Counted from the first letter of the stretch, positions 1-10,796 are shown. The stretch is DNA of 64,000 nt from Longimicrobiales bacterium (GCA_965238005.1 OZ250165.1:2144001-2208000); one strand, 5' to 3'. The notes: generated by a model from the letters alone, not told the origin. Made by a program: numbers and translations.

Positions 1-1578
1 CACGGTGTCGCCGAGCGGTGTGGGGTAGAATCGCCGGTCCTCCAGATCCACGTATCCGCGATCCTGGATGGTGGAGATGATCTGCGCGTACGTGGAGGGG
101 CGCCCGATTCCCAACTTCTCCAGCTCACGTACGAGGGAGGCCTCGCTGAACCGCGGCGCAGGCTGGGTGAAGTGCTGCCTGGGATCGATGCCGTCGAGGG
201 AGGCCCGATCACCTACGTTCAGGTCCGGCAGCGGCTCCAGGTCGTCCAGCCGGCGATGCTCCCCGGCCTCGGTGGCCTCGAGGTAGAGGCGGGTGAAGCC
301 CTGGAACTTCACGATGGATCCTGTAGCCCGGAAGAGATACCCGCGCCCACTGGCTCCCGTCAGGGGGAAATCCACCGTCGTCGTGTCGTGGACGGCGGGC
401 GACATCTGGCTTGCGACAAAGCGAAGCCAGACGAGCTCGTATAGGCGAGCCGCATCGCCCTCCAGAAAGGGGCGTATCTCGTCGGGATGCAGCTCCACGT
501 CGGTGGGCCGGATCGCCTCGTGGGCCTCCTGCGCCCCTTTCTGCTGCTTGCCTGCCCATAGCCTGGGCGTTGCAGGCACGTACTCATCACCGAACTCGCC
601 GGTAACCCACCTGCGGGCCTGATTTACCGCCCCTCCCGACACCCTGGTGGAGTCCGTCCTCATGTACGTGATGAGCCCCACGGCGCCCCGGCCACCCAGC
701 TCTATGCCCTCGTACAGCCGCTGGGCGTTGGTCATCGTGCGTCGCGCGGAGAAGCCGAGCCTCTTGGCCGCCTCCTGCTGAAGCGTCGACGTGATGAACG
801 GCGGGGCCGGGTTCTTCCGCCGCTCTCTTCGCTTGACGTCGCCCACGCGGAAGTCGAGGCTCCGAACCTCTTCGGCGACCGCCGTGGCCGACTCCTCGTC
901 GCCCAGCGTGAAGGCCTTGCCGTCGATCTTGTTGAGCTTTGCCTCGAAGGGCTTGTCGTCCTTGTGGAGCCGGGCCGTGATCGACCAGTACTCGTCGGAC
1001 TCGAAGCCCTGGATCTCGTCCTCGCGCTCGCAGATCAGCCTCAGCGCGACGGTCTGGACCCGCCCCGCCGAGAGCCCTGGGCGGATCGGCTTCCACAGGA
1101 AGGGGCTCACCTGATAGCCCACCAGGCGATCCAGAATCCGGCGAGCCTGCTGGGCCTCCACCTTCTGCATGTCCAGGTGCTCCGGACTCTCCAGAGCCCG
1201 CTGGACGGCTCCTTTGGTGATCTCCCGGAAGGTGACGCGCTGGAATCGGTCCTCGTGGCCCTCGAACCCGAGCTGCTGCGCCACGTGGTAGGCGATGGCC
1301 TCGCCCTCCCGATCAGGGTCGGTGGCAAGTATGATGCTCTCCGCGTTCTTGGCCTTGCCCTTGAGCTCCTGTAGGACCTTGCCCTTACCTCGGATCGTGA
1401 CGTACTTCGGCTTGAAGCCGCCCTCCACGTCCACGCCCAGCTCTTTTTTGGGCAGGTCACGCACATGACCCACCGAGGCGGCCACGTCGTAGTCGCTGCC
1501 AAGGAAACGGCCGATCGTCCTCGCCTTTGCGGGCGACTCGACGATGACCAGGTTTTTTCCTTTGCTTCGCGTCGTCAT
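1..1578 (-). CDS. topA: DNA topoisomerase I (5' part; runs off window edge)
   Basis: Manual translation from ATG at 1578 gives MTTRSKGKNLVIVESPAKARTI...SVGHVRDLP; later ATDPDREGEAI, SAGRVQT and ITYMRTDS motifs. Absent from the ORF track, probably because there is no stop in the window. Confidence 0.97.
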   Translation of the reverse strand, partial: MTTRSKGKNLVIVESPAKARTIGRFLGSDYDVAASVGHVRDLPKKELGVDVEGGFKPKYVTIRGKGKVLQELKGKAKNAESIILATDPDREGEAIAYHVAQQLGFEGHEDRFQRVTFREITKGAVQRALESPEHLDMQKVEAQQARRILDRLVGYQVSPFLWKPIRPGLSAGRVQTVALRLICEREDEIQGFESDEYWSITARLHKDDKPFEAKLNKIDGKAFTLGDEESATAVAEEVRSLDFRVGDVKRRERRKNPAPPFITSTLQQEAAKRLGFSARRTMTNAQRLYEGIELGGRGAVGLITYMRTDSTRVSGGAVNQARRWVTGEFGDEYVPATPRLWAGKQQKGAQEAHEAIRPTDVELHPDEIRPFLEGDAARLYELVWLRFVASQMSPAVHDTTTVDFPLTGASGRGYLFRATGSIVKFQGFTRLYLEATEAGEHRRLDDLEPLPDLNVGDRASLDGIDPRQHFTQPAPRFSEASLVRELEKLGIGRPSTYAQIISTIQDRGYVDLEDRRFYPTPLGDTV

Positions 1579-2115
1579 CTATCCTTGGTCGGCTTCACCG
1601 CGAACGATCTTCATGATTTTCGTGGCCAATGTGGCCGGGTCATCCTTATCCGAGTCGAGGACGATCCGTGCTCGCCTGTAGGAGCCCTCACGCTGCTCCA
1701 GGAGCTCGACAGCGCGGCCCAGCGGGTCCTGGACCGCCAGGAGCGGCCGAACCGCACCCTCGCTGGATGCGCGTCGAACCGCAACCCCCGGCGACACTCG
1801 CAACCACACGCTGAGCGTGCCCCGCGGTACCGCTTCCCAGCTTCCCTGCTGGGCGGGCCAGCCGCCTCCGGTGGCCAAAACCGCGCGTTCCAGAACGAGC
1901 AGCTCTCCTGCCACGTCCGCCTCGAGCCGGCGGAAGTGCTCCTCGCCCTCTCGGTCGAAGATCTCGGAGACGGCGACTCCGGCCCGGTCCTCTATGACGG
2001 AGTCGAAGTCGTGGAATTCCCACTCCAGTAGCGCCGCCAATTCCCGTCCCACGCTGGTCTTCCCGCTGGCCATGAACCCGACCAGCAGAACACGGCGGAG
2101 AGCCTCACCGGCCAC
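1579..2115 (-). CDS. aroK: Shikimate kinase
   Basis: GFMASGKTSVG P-loop, FRRLE, ATGGG and RPLL motifs; adjacent to aroC. Confidence 0.95.
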   Translation of the reverse strand: MAGEALRRVLLVGFMASGKTSVGRELAALLEWEFHDFDSVIEDRAGVAVSEIFDREGEEHFRRLEADVAGELLVLERAVLATGGGWPAQQGSWEAVPRGTLSVWLRVSPGVAVRRASSEGAVRPLLAVQDPLGRAVELLEQREGSYRRARIVLDSDKDDPATLATKIMKIVRGEADQG

Positions 2116-3313
2116 CGTACCCGCGCTCGCTCAGGTACGCGACATAGGAATCGAAGTTCCGGCGGATCTCGCTCATGGCGTCTCCGCCGAACTTCTCCAG
2201 GAACGCGTCGGCAAGGACGAGCGCCACCATGGCCTCGCCCACCACCGCCGCGGCCGGCACCGCGCACACGTCACTTCTCTCCACGGCCGCATCCGCGGCG
2301 GACCCGTCACGCATATCCACGCTGGGCAAGCGTTTCCTCAGCGTCGAGATGGGCTTCATCGCCGCCCGGACGACCAGCGGCTCCCCTGTCGTGACGCCCC
2401 CCTCCAGACCCCCGGCCCGATTCGATGCGCGACCGATGCCGCCGGCCCGGTGGGCGTCCTCGTCCGTGACGATGGGGTCGTGCACCTGTGAACCCGGGCG
2501 CCGAGCTTCCTTGAAGCCCGCCCCGATCTCCACACCCTTGATGGCCTGGATGGATATGACCGCGCCCGCCAAGCGTCCGTCGAGCTTGGCGTCGTAGGAG
2601 ACGTAGCTGCCGAGGCCGGCCGGAAGGCCCTGAGCGACGATCTCGAAGATGCCTCCCAGCGTGTCGCCATCCTCTTTCGCCTGGTCGATGGCTCCCATCA
2701 TCTTCTCCGTAGCCTCGTCATCCAGCGTTCGGAGTGGCGAAGAGTCCACGGCTGCGTTCAGATCTTCCGGTAGCTCGGACGGAGTCTCGGCCTCCACGGA
2801 GCCGATGGAGGTGACGTGACTCCCGATCCTCACGCCGAACTGCGCCAACAGCGTCTTGCACACCGCACCGCACGCCACCCTGGCAGCCGTCTCGCGAGCG
2901 CTGGCTCGCTCGAGGATGTCCCGCGTGTCTCGACGGTCGTACTTGAGAAGGCCCACCAGATCGGCGTGTCCCGGTCTCGGCAGATACAGGGACCGCAGTG
3001 CCTTGGGATTACCTTCGGGATCGGGAGGTAGGGGAGACATGGCCTCCTGCCAGTTCTCCCAGTCCCGGTTCCAGATGACCATGGAAATGGGGGATCCGAG
3101 AGTCTCCCCCAGACGCACCCCGGAAAGGAGCTCGGCTCGATCCGACTCGATCTGCATGCGACGTCCGCGGCCGTACCCTCCCTGGCGTCGCTTGAGCTCG
3201 GGGTCCACATCCCGCTCCATCTCCAGGGAGAGTCCCGCGGGAATCCCCTCCAGGATGGTGGTGAGCCCACGGCCGTGGGACTCTCCTGCCGTACGGAATG
3301 ACACACGTCTCAT
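2105..3313 (-). CDS. aroC: Chorismate synthase
   Basis: TAGESHG, RPGHAD, ERASARETA, MKPISTL and RSDVCAVP motifs. Confidence 0.98.
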   Translation of the reverse strand: MRRVSFRTAGESHGRGLTTILEGIPAGLSLEMERDVDPELKRRQGGYGRGRRMQIESDRAELLSGVRLGETLGSPISMVIWNRDWENWQEAMSPLPPDPEGNPKALRSLYLPRPGHADLVGLLKYDRRDTRDILERASARETAARVACGAVCKTLLAQFGVRIGSHVTSIGSVEAETPSELPEDLNAAVDSSPLRTLDDEATEKMMGAIDQAKEDGDTLGGIFEIVAQGLPAGLGSYVSYDAKLDGRLAGAVISIQAIKGVEIGAGFKEARRPGSQVHDPIVTDEDAHRAGGIGRASNRAGGLEGGVTTGEPLVVRAAMKPISTLRKRLPSVDMRDGSAADAAVERSDVCAVPAAAVVGEAMVALVLADAFLEKFGGDAMSEIRRNFDSYVAYLSERGYGGR

Positions 3314-3400
3314 CTTAACCCCACTCCCTCATCAAGCTTCTATTGGCTCCCAACAGGTCCCAGAATCCGGGACACGGACCGGAATGGCGCGTGCAACGAT

Positions 3401-3435
3401 AAAGGGAAACCCCGGTGGGCGTCTACCCACCGGGG
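3401..3435 (-). terminator. Rho-independent terminator after the pil operon
   Basis: CCCCGGTGGG-6 nt-CCCACCGGGG stem followed on the minus strand by TTTCCCTTT. Confidence 0.7.
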
Positions 3436-3642
3436 CTCCTACTCCAGGGAAAGGATCCGCCTAGTGTTCCGTTTCCGAAGTTCGCGAGCCACCAAGAGGG
3501 TCGGGGCGCCGTGGGATCAAGGCGGGACGACGCGGCGTAGCGCAAGCGGGCACCGCGCGAAGCGTGGTCGCAAGGAGTCCCAACGCCGAGCCCACGGATG
3601 CACCGTGCCCTCGACTGGCCGAGACACTTTGGTAACGGGACA

Positions 3643-6384
3643 CTAGTTCCTGGACGGATGGTCCCTCAGTAGATCACTCTTGCGGACATCCACCACCACC
3701 ACACCACCAGCGTCAGTGATTCCCACCAGCTTCACCACGACGCACGAATCCTCGGTGGGCCCGCCACTGGCGGGATGGGGGATGTTGAAGTCTCCGCCCG
3801 CATAGACTTCGACCGCACTACCGATGGTGTTGCCCGCCTGATCGGTGACAGTCGTCATGGCACACGTGAAGCTCGCGTTGTCCTGCGGGAAGGGCAGCAC
3901 GGCCCGGAGCGGTCCGGACGGCACGTCCTTGAGAAAGATCCGGCCGGAGCGGAAGAAGTGGAACGTGTCGATGATGTCGATGGACCGATCACCGGTTCCT
4001 ACGAATGCCAAGTGGGTATCAGGGCGATACACTCCGCCGGTGTTCTGCAGGGACTTGGCGTTCGCGTGCAGCGGGTGCAATACCGCACCGGCGCCACCGA
4101 GCGGCAGGTCGCCGACACCTTGCAATCGAAGATCCGTGGTGAAGAAGTACGCGTTCTGGCCCCGCGCTACGCCCAGCGTTCCATCGTAGTTGAGCCCTAT
4201 GCCGCGTACCGTTTCACTGGCATTCACCATGAGGTCGTCGACCTCGATGGTGGTGCTGATGGCATCCTGCGCCGCCTCGTACATGATGATCCGTCCGACC
4301 GGGTCCGTGGACCCTTCTCCAAAGACGACCCAGCCGCCATCGCCCGACGCCGAAACGAAGGTGGTGTCGTGGAAGCCGAGGTTCGGAACGCTCCACTTCC
4401 CCGCCCGGGAGATGGCGTCCGACCCGAGGCCCTGGACCTGGGTCGTTGCCAGCGCCGCCGTTCCGTCGAGGCCGACGATGAGCGTGCTCAGGTCACCGGG
4501 GGTGTGATCTTGCACCTGCACGGAGTCGTCACCGGCTCCTTGCACCGCGAAAACGAGATCCGAGTGGGCGACGCCCGTGAAGTCCGCATTCTCCTCCATG
4601 GCGGCGTGCTGGACGAAGATCTTGATCTCGACGTCACCACCTCCCGCCGGGACGGCAGCCTTGCGGATCGTGCCGAAGTCGCCGAGCAGCGTCGTCTTCG
4701 TCGAGTAGAGGACCCTACCTGTGGAGTCCACCGCGATGAACTGTGGGCGGTCACTGAATCCCGGCGGCTCTGCAGTCGGAACGGGGGAAACGTTGTACCG
4801 AATGAAGAGGGCGTCGTCGAGTATGGTCTCGACGTTGAAGAGGACTACGTCGGGGGTCAGGAGGCGGGTCAACGGATCCTCGATTGGCACGTCACTTCCG
4901 TCGGTAGCGCCGAGCCGGACCATGGAGACGTTGGTGCCGCCCGAATTGGCCACCAGGAGAGTGTCTCTCCCCCGGTTGAGCGTGAGCCCCCAAGGCTCCG
5001 ACCCCACGGCCGCCGCCACCTCGAACGTCTCGTCCTGGAGTCGGAAGATCTCGATCCGATCCCGGTCGATGTTCGACAGGTAGAGTTTGCGACGGGTCGT
5101 GTCCACGACGGCGTCCATGATCTGACCGCCGGTGGGGAGCTGAACGGTACGGCCCGCGACGATGACGGTCGTACGCCGGTCTCCCGGATTGTTCTGCGAA
5201 ACCGTCGCGCCACCCAGGGTTCCGCACGCCAGCGTAACCAGTGAGTCCGGTCCCACGGACGTAGAGCAGTTGCCCTGCTGGTCCCTGACGAAAGCCGTCA
5301 CCTCGAAGACGAGGGTGTCGGGCAGCGCCAGGGAGTCGGCGTTGAAGACCTGGATGTTGAACGTCTGGGTCGTATTCCCGACGCGGGGTGTAGCGAACGT
5401 GACGCTCTCGGTCTGGATCAGCGTGTCACCGCGCGTGGCCGAGATGGCGAGGGCCGTGTACCCCATCTGCGTGACGCCGTCCCCGAGGACGTCGTCGCGC
5501 GCCTTCACTTCCACCGTGAGGCCGTCCTGTAGCTCCAGTCGGTCCGCGGAAGTCAGCGTCAGCTGTGCGCCGGCTCGGATCGTGTCGCCCGAGCCACCGA
5601 TGATGATCTCCACCTCGAACGGACCGTCATTGCCCGGGACACCCAGCGTGTTCAAGGCCCTCCCCTGCACGGTGATCGTCCCCGTGATTCCGGGCGGAAT
5701 GAACACCACCGTATCGAGCACGGCGAGCGTATCAACCGGGCTAACAGGCTGACTGATGGTCGCCTGGACCGCCCCCCTCACGAAGAGCTCCACCAGCCGG
5801 ATCCCGAGCGGATCCGACGCCCGCACGGTCAGGGGCAGATTGGCCCCGGCCGGCACCACCTCCACCAGATCCTCGAGATCGACCTGGGGACCGCCCAACG
5901 TGAGCGGGAGGGTATCGGCGGCGGAGTTCCCCAAGGTATCGACGGCCGTGACGATGATGTTCGTCTCCTCCTTGATCGTGTCGGAGGTGGCGATCAGCCA
6001 GCGGCTGACGATCGTATCCTTTGCGGGGTTGAGCAGCTGTACGACCTTCGTCTCGAAGCGTGGAACGACCTCGTCCGTGCCCAAATTCACGTCTCCGCGG
6101 AAGGAGAGGCCCTCGAACTGGAGGATCGCGAGGCCCGCATCGTCGGTAGCCTGCACGATGACCAGAACCGAGTCGCCCAGGGGCGCCGCGGCGGAGTCTC
6201 CGGGGGTCTGGATGATCACCGTCGGGGCGCCACAGTCCACTTGCTGCGTGAGGGACGGACCCACGAATAGGTTCTGTCCGTCACAAGCCAACATCACAAG
6301 GCCGGCAGCGAGCCCTCCGAGCAGGCCCTTCAGACTTCTCTTATTCGTTCGTAGACGAAGCATCAGACGTCTCCCTCGCACCAC
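3643..6384 (-). CDS. Large lipoprotein with Ig-like domains and a C-terminal YVTN/YncE-like beta-propeller; possible pilus-associated adhesin
   Basis: Lipobox LVMLA-C; beta-rich Ig-like segments; propeller-like motifs (RKLYLSN, VGSEPWGLTL); starts 5 nt after pilQ. Confidence 0.7.
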   Translation of the reverse strand: MVRGRRLMLRLRTNKRSLKGLLGGLAAGLVMLACDGQNLFVGPSLTQQVDCGAPTVIIQTPGDSAAAPLGDSVLVIVQATDDAGLAILQFEGLSFRGDVNLGTDEVVPRFETKVVQLLNPAKDTIVSRWLIATSDTIKEETNIIVTAVDTLGNSAADTLPLTLGGPQVDLEDLVEVVPAGANLPLTVRASDPLGIRLVELFVRGAVQATISQPVSPVDTLAVLDTVVFIPPGITGTITVQGRALNTLGVPGNDGPFEVEIIIGGSGDTIRAGAQLTLTSADRLELQDGLTVEVKARDDVLGDGVTQMGYTALAISATRGDTLIQTESVTFATPRVGNTTQTFNIQVFNADSLALPDTLVFEVTAFVRDQQGNCSTSVGPDSLVTLACGTLGGATVSQNNPGDRRTTVIVAGRTVQLPTGGQIMDAVVDTTRRKLYLSNIDRDRIEIFRLQDETFEVAAAVGSEPWGLTLNRGRDTLLVANSGGTNVSMVRLGATDGSDVPIEDPLTRLLTPDVVLFNVETILDDALFIRYNVSPVPTAEPPGFSDRPQFIAVDSTGRVLYSTKTTLLGDFGTIRKAAVPAGGGDVEIKIFVQHAAMEENADFTGVAHSDLVFAVQGAGDDSVQVQDHTPGDLSTLIVGLDGTAALATTQVQGLGSDAISRAGKWSVPNLGFHDTTFVSASGDGGWVVFGEGSTDPVGRIIMYEAAQDAISTTIEVDDLMVNASETVRGIGLNYDGTLGVARGQNAYFFTTDLRLQGVGDLPLGGAGAVLHPLHANAKSLQNTGGVYRPDTHLAFVGTGDRSIDIIDTFHFFRSGRIFLKDVPSGPLRAVLPFPQDNASFTCAMTTVTDQAGNTIGSAVEVYAGGDFNIPHPASGGPTEDSCVVVKLVGITDAGGVVVVDVRKSDLLRDHPSRN

Positions 6385-6388
6385 GGGA

Positions 6389-8110
6389 TCAGTTGAAATC
6401 CCCGCGGACGATGTGCGGCGTCACCAATATCATGAGGTCCCGCTGGATTTGAGATTCCGTGGTCACGCGGAACAGGCGACCGATGAGGGGAAGGTCCATG
6501 AGGAGCGGGATGCCCGAGCGGACCTCCGCGAGCTCGGTCACGGTGAGTCCCCCGATCACCACCGTCTCGCCGTCTCGGACGAGGACCCTCGTGTCGGCGT
6601 TCTGGGTCCGGAAGATCAAGCCGATCTCGGACTCCGCCACGTCGGCGGCCGAGCGCTCGGCATGGATGGTCAGAAGGATGTGATCGTCCCCCGTGATGTG
6701 GGGAGTGGCCTCCAGGATGATCCCCGTCTCCTCGAACTGGACGGTGGCCGTGGGGAAGCCACCGTCCGCGGCTCCACCGGCGGCCGCGTCGATGACCCGG
6801 ATGGGGGTCCGCTCACCGACCTGGAGGCGCGCCTGCTGATTGTCTGCCACCGTCACGGACGGCGCCGCCTGGATGTCGGAGAGGTTCGAGGACTCGAGGG
6901 CCTCGATGAAGTTGAGCAGCGTATGGCGCCCGATCACCAGCGAGGTGAGCAACCGCAAGCTCGGACTCGCGATCCGTGCACTGGCGTTGCCGAGGGCCGC
7001 AATCGAGTTGCCGCCCAGCGTGAAGACATTCGTGCCGATGTCCACCTGTTCGCTCTCGCCGTCCCGATCGAGGTCGGCCTCACCCGGGGCGATCACGTTG
7101 AGCTGGTTCCCCCGCGAATCCTTGAGCTCGTACGTCACTCCCAGCTCGGCCAGCTGGGTCCGGTTCACGAAGATGATCTTGGCCGAGATCATGACCTGGG
7201 GTATGGGCACGTCCAGACTCACGATCAAGCCACTGATGGCATCATGAACCCGACGGATGTCTGTGACGATCACCGTGTTGGTGGCCGGGGCCTCGGCCAC
7301 CTGGCCACGCTCCGTGATGAGCAGGCCGATGGCCAGGGCCATCTCCGAAGAGGTTCCGTAGCTGATCCGGTATGGGACGGTCTCCAAGGGCTCGATGGCC
7401 TCCCGCGTGTTCATGTTCTCGATCCCGTCAACCCGGATGATGCCGTTGTCGTCCTCGATGGCGATGAGCCCTCGCGATTGGAGGATCACCTCCAACGCGT
7501 CGTCCCAGGCCTGGTCCCGAATGTCCGCCGTGACCGCTCCGACCACGGCACTCCCCGCCACGATGGACTTGCCGGAGAACTCAGAGAAGGTGAAGAGCAC
7601 GTCATCGATGGGCGTGTTGTCGAACGAGATGGAGATCCGTCGGGAGACCTCCTGCACCATCGGCAGCTCCTCCACCACGACCGGAGCCTGGTTGACGATC
7701 ATGGCGGGAGACGAGAAGAGCTCCAGCGTCTCCCACGGGTCGAAGGATCCACTGTTATTCTCCAGCGAGATCCGCACCGCGCCGTCGGAAGCCTCCACCA
7801 CGTAACCGGTGGTGTGCTCCAGCTCCACCACCACGCGGACGATGTCTTCGGCGTATTGGCTGGTGCGAACGGCCACCACGCCACCACGGTTTATGCCCAG
7901 GAAGTCTTCCTGGGGAAGGGCGTGCTTGGCATTCATGATATCCAGCACAATCCGCGACGGGCCCTCCATGCTGAACGCCCGGTAGGACACCGCACCCTCC
8001 ACCGACACCAGGACCTCGGTGCGGTTCAGGTTCGGAACGATGCTCAAGGCGGTGACAGGATCACCGGCCGTCAAGAGCACACCAGCCAGTACAGCCAGAA
8101 TGGAACTCAT
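6389..8110 (-). CDS. pilQ: Type IV pilus secretin with AMIN domain
   Basis: AMIN-like N-terminus (RIVLDI, VRVVVEL); secretin motifs QVMISAKI, GIILEATPHI, DGETVVIGGL, LMILVTPHIV. Confidence 0.95.
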   Translation of the reverse strand: MSSILAVLAGVLLTAGDPVTALSIVPNLNRTEVLVSVEGAVSYRAFSMEGPSRIVLDIMNAKHALPQEDFLGINRGGVVAVRTSQYAEDIVRVVVELEHTTGYVVEASDGAVRISLENNSGSFDPWETLELFSSPAMIVNQAPVVVEELPMVQEVSRRISISFDNTPIDDVLFTFSEFSGKSIVAGSAVVGAVTADIRDQAWDDALEVILQSRGLIAIEDDNGIIRVDGIENMNTREAIEPLETVPYRISYGTSSEMALAIGLLITERGQVAEAPATNTVIVTDIRRVHDAISGLIVSLDVPIPQVMISAKIIFVNRTQLAELGVTYELKDSRGNQLNVIAPGEADLDRDGESEQVDIGTNVFTLGGNSIAALGNASARIASPSLRLLTSLVIGRHTLLNFIEALESSNLSDIQAAPSVTVADNQQARLQVGERTPIRVIDAAAGGAADGGFPTATVQFEETGIILEATPHITGDDHILLTIHAERSAADVAESEIGLIFRTQNADTRVLVRDGETVVIGGLTVTELAEVRSGIPLLMDLPLIGRLFRVTTESQIQRDLMILVTPHIVRGDFN

Positions 8111-8592
8111 TCAGGGCCTCCTTGGCCCGCGGTGCGGTTCGGCAATGCGATGGTTCGTGTTTCGGTGACTCCGAACTGCTCCACCGCCACCACCACGTGG
8201 TGACGTTGGATCTCCCGGATCGTCGTGTTCCCCACGGTCTCCCCGACTCGAAGGCGATAGGTCACCCCGGTCACCTCGACCGAGGTCTCGGTCTCCGAGA
8301 CCGTGGTTCTCGTCCCCTCGCCGAAGATCACCAGACTGTTCTCTTCATCGGGCGCGTACAGAATCCCGAGAAGAACGAGACGCTCGAAGCGAGGCCCCCC
8401 ACCCTCGGCGGACAGGAGAGGCGCAAAGGGGTTCCGACGTGCGTATTGGGGATAGGTGAAGACCTCCCGCTCGAACGAGAGCTCCGTCGTGTCCTGTGAC
8501 GCGGGCGGCGGGTTCTGCGCCCAGACGGGGCAGGGCATCACCGCGGCGAGCACGGCAACGAGGATGACTCGCAGAAGGAGCCTACCGATCAT
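8107..8592 (-). CDS. PilP-like pilus assembly protein
   Basis: RRNPF motif, LVLLGIL, 'LRVGETVG'; position between pilO and pilQ. Confidence 0.7.
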   Translation of the reverse strand: MIGRLLLRVILVAVLAAVMPCPVWAQNPPPASQDTTELSFEREVFTYPQYARRNPFAPLLSAEGGGPRFERLVLLGILYAPDEENSLVIFGEGTRTTVSETETSVEVTGVTYRLRVGETVGNTTIREIQRHHVVVAVEQFGVTETRTIALPNRTAGQGGPE

Positions 8593-9176
8593 GGGCCTCC
8601 TCCCTCACGGTCCGCTACCACATAGGTCTGGATGCGGAAGGTGACCTGAACGGGTGATGTGTAATCGCTGGCCCCTCTCGCGTCGGCAAACTGCTCGAGC
8701 TGCAAGTCGATCGGAGTGATGATGCGCGGAAGCGAGGCGATTCGCGTGAGGAATCGGCCCACGTCGTGGTATTCGCCCAAGACCCGGATCTCGAAGGTCT
8801 CCTTCGTATAGAAGGCGCCGGGCTCGCTCGCCTCGGGCCGCATGAGGTCCAGATCGATCCCCACTTCCCGGGATACACGCGTCATCTCCGCGAGAAGAGC
8901 CGCGACCTCTTCGGACTCGGGGATGAGCTGCTCGAGCTGTAGGATGTGACGCTCGTAGACGGCCATGCGCTCCTCGAGGTCGCGTGCTCCGCTGATGGCC
9001 AGGGTCTGGGCCACCCGATTCTGGGTTTCGAGGTTCTCTAGACGGTCCTGCTGAGCGACCAGAGCCTCCTTGGCTCCGCTGTACCACATGCTGTTGGCGA
9101 AGTACAGACCCACAAGGCAGAAAACGATCCCCGCGAGGGCGTTCTTCTGTTTCGAATCGTCAGGAATCAGAGCCAT
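8589..9176 (-). CDS. pilO: Type IV pilus assembly protein PilO
   Basis: TM plus coiled coil, LIP..EV..LL, GEYHDVGRFL..IASLPRII. Confidence 0.93.
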   Translation of the reverse strand: MALIPDDSKQKNALAGIVFCLVGLYFANSMWYSGAKEALVAQQDRLENLETQNRVAQTLAISGARDLEERMAVYERHILQLEQLIPESEEVAALLAEMTRVSREVGIDLDLMRPEASEPGAFYTKETFEIRVLGEYHDVGRFLTRIASLPRIITPIDLQLEQFADARGASDYTSPVQVTFRIQTYVVADREGGGP

Positions 9177-9184
9177 GTCGTCCC

Positions 9185-9844
9185 CTACCGGCTACCGGCC
9201 AAGGGATCAGGTCCGAAGAGCGGGACCGTCTCCAGAAGCTCTTTCGGTGGAACCTCGTATGCCGCGTCCAACTGGAAGACGTAGACGAGCTCACCGGTGG
9301 GCTCGAGCACCTGTTCGGTCTGCACCAGGTTCACGCTCCTGATGAAGGGAGACGCCTCGAGGGCTTCCCAGAACGAAGTCAAAGCGAAGTTGTTGCCGGC
9401 CTTCCCGTGTACCTGGAACTCGATGACGTCTCCGGCGGTCACCTGGAGGATCTGCGTGAGCCACGTGTAGTCCGGCAGGGCCCTCGCCACCTCGTCCAGT
9501 ACGTGGGGCCAGACATAGCGTCCTTCATCGATTTCCTGGATGATGTCCACCTTCTGGCCGATGGAGTCCCGCCGGGCGGTCAGCTGTTCGTTTCGCTGAA
9601 TCAGGTCGGCGTAATTGGCCGAATCCTGAACCGCGTCAGCCAACGCCACCTGGACGTCCTCCTGAGCCGACGACAAACCGAGGTACCCCCATCCGAGCAG
9701 GCCGAGCGTACCCACCGCGGATACGATGGCCCCGATGATGTAGGGATCCGCCGGGATGGCCGGGATGCTTGGTAGGGAAAACCCACCACCACCCCTCTTG
9801 GCGGCGCGCCTCTTCCCTCCTGGAAGGAGATTGACCTCGATCAA
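9185..9844 (-). CDS. pilN: Type IV pilus assembly protein PilN
   Basis: MIEVNLLP motif, TM, coiled coil, 'LPDYTWL', 'LEASPF'. Confidence 0.93.
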   Translation of the reverse strand: MIEVNLLPGGKRRAAKRGGGGFSLPSIPAIPADPYIIGAIVSAVGTLGLLGWGYLGLSSAQEDVQVALADAVQDSANYADLIQRNEQLTARRDSIGQKVDIIQEIDEGRYVWPHVLDEVARALPDYTWLTQILQVTAGDVIEFQVHGKAGNNFALTSFWEALEASPFIRSVNLVQTEQVLEPTGELVYVFQLDAAYEVPPKELLETVPLFGPDPLAGSR

Positions 9845-9863
9845 GGGTCGTTCCTCGTCCTCG

Positions 9864-10796
9864 TTAGGTCGACCGCAGAGCCAGGCCCAGTGGAAGGAGC
9901 AGCATCGGCGCCGCCTCCTCCAACAGGACGGTCTCCGAGGCCGCCGGCTGGACCGGCACCTGTTCGAACGGGTTCACCACATCGGCTTCCAGATTCATGC
10001 GCCTGCTCAATGAATCAGTCATGCCAGGGATCCGCGCCCCGCCACCACTGAGGTAGATGCGTCCCAGGCCGCCGCCGTCCTGCCGGGTCAACAGGAACGC
10101 CGACGCCCGCTCGATCCCGACTGCGACCTCATCGGCGCTTGATTCCACCAGCGCATACAGATCCGCCAGTTCCTCCCTGCCCTGGACGACGTCCTCGGCC
10201 TGCTCGGCCGTGAGGCCCTTCTCTCTCTGAAGGTCCTCCCGGACCCGTCTCGAGCCGAAGGGGATGTCCCGCGTCAGGATGGGGTTGCCGTCTTCCAGGA
10301 CGTTTACGTTGGTCGTCTCGTGGCCGACGTTCACGAGCGCCACGATGCCCTCCATGGCCTCCGGATAGTTGTGCTCGAAGGCGTTGTGAAGCGCGAAAGC
10401 ATCCACGTCGATGACGACGGGAGACAGCCCGGCGTCCAGGAGGAGGCTCACCTTGTTGTCGACGAGCTCGCGCTTGGCAGCCACCAAGAGGACCTCCATG
10501 TGAAGGCCCTCATCGAACGGATTCAGGATCTGGAAGTCCAACTCCACGCTCTTGATGTCGAACGGGACGTGCTGCTCGGCCTCCCAGCGAATGACCTCCC
10601 TGGCATCGGATTCCTTCATCCGATCCATCTCGATCTTCTTGATGATCACGTCGTGGCCCCCCACCGCCGTGATCACTTCCTTGGTCTTGAGGCCAATTTC
10701 CTGGAAAAGACCGCGGACGGTATCGGCTACTAGGCCCGGGTCCATGATCTCGCCTTCCACGATGGCGTCGGCCACGAGCGGACGCATGGCTGAGCG
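9864..10796 (-). pseudogene. pilM: PilM, 5'-truncated at the IS481 end
   Basis: PilM body (AIVEGEIMDP, EAEQHVPF, VLLVAAK, LSGGGA, GLALR) present. The N-terminal GLDIG motif is missing and the frame runs into the IS end. Confidence 0.88.

Noticed and set aside
3461..3643. Small ORF or ncRNA between the lipoprotein and the terminator
   Set aside because: No recognisable protein or RNA family features
5756..8203. 815-aa plus-strand ORF and similar long antisense ORFs (for example 46616-48355 and 53482-54630)
   Set aside because: Shadow frames of high-GC genes; no motifs
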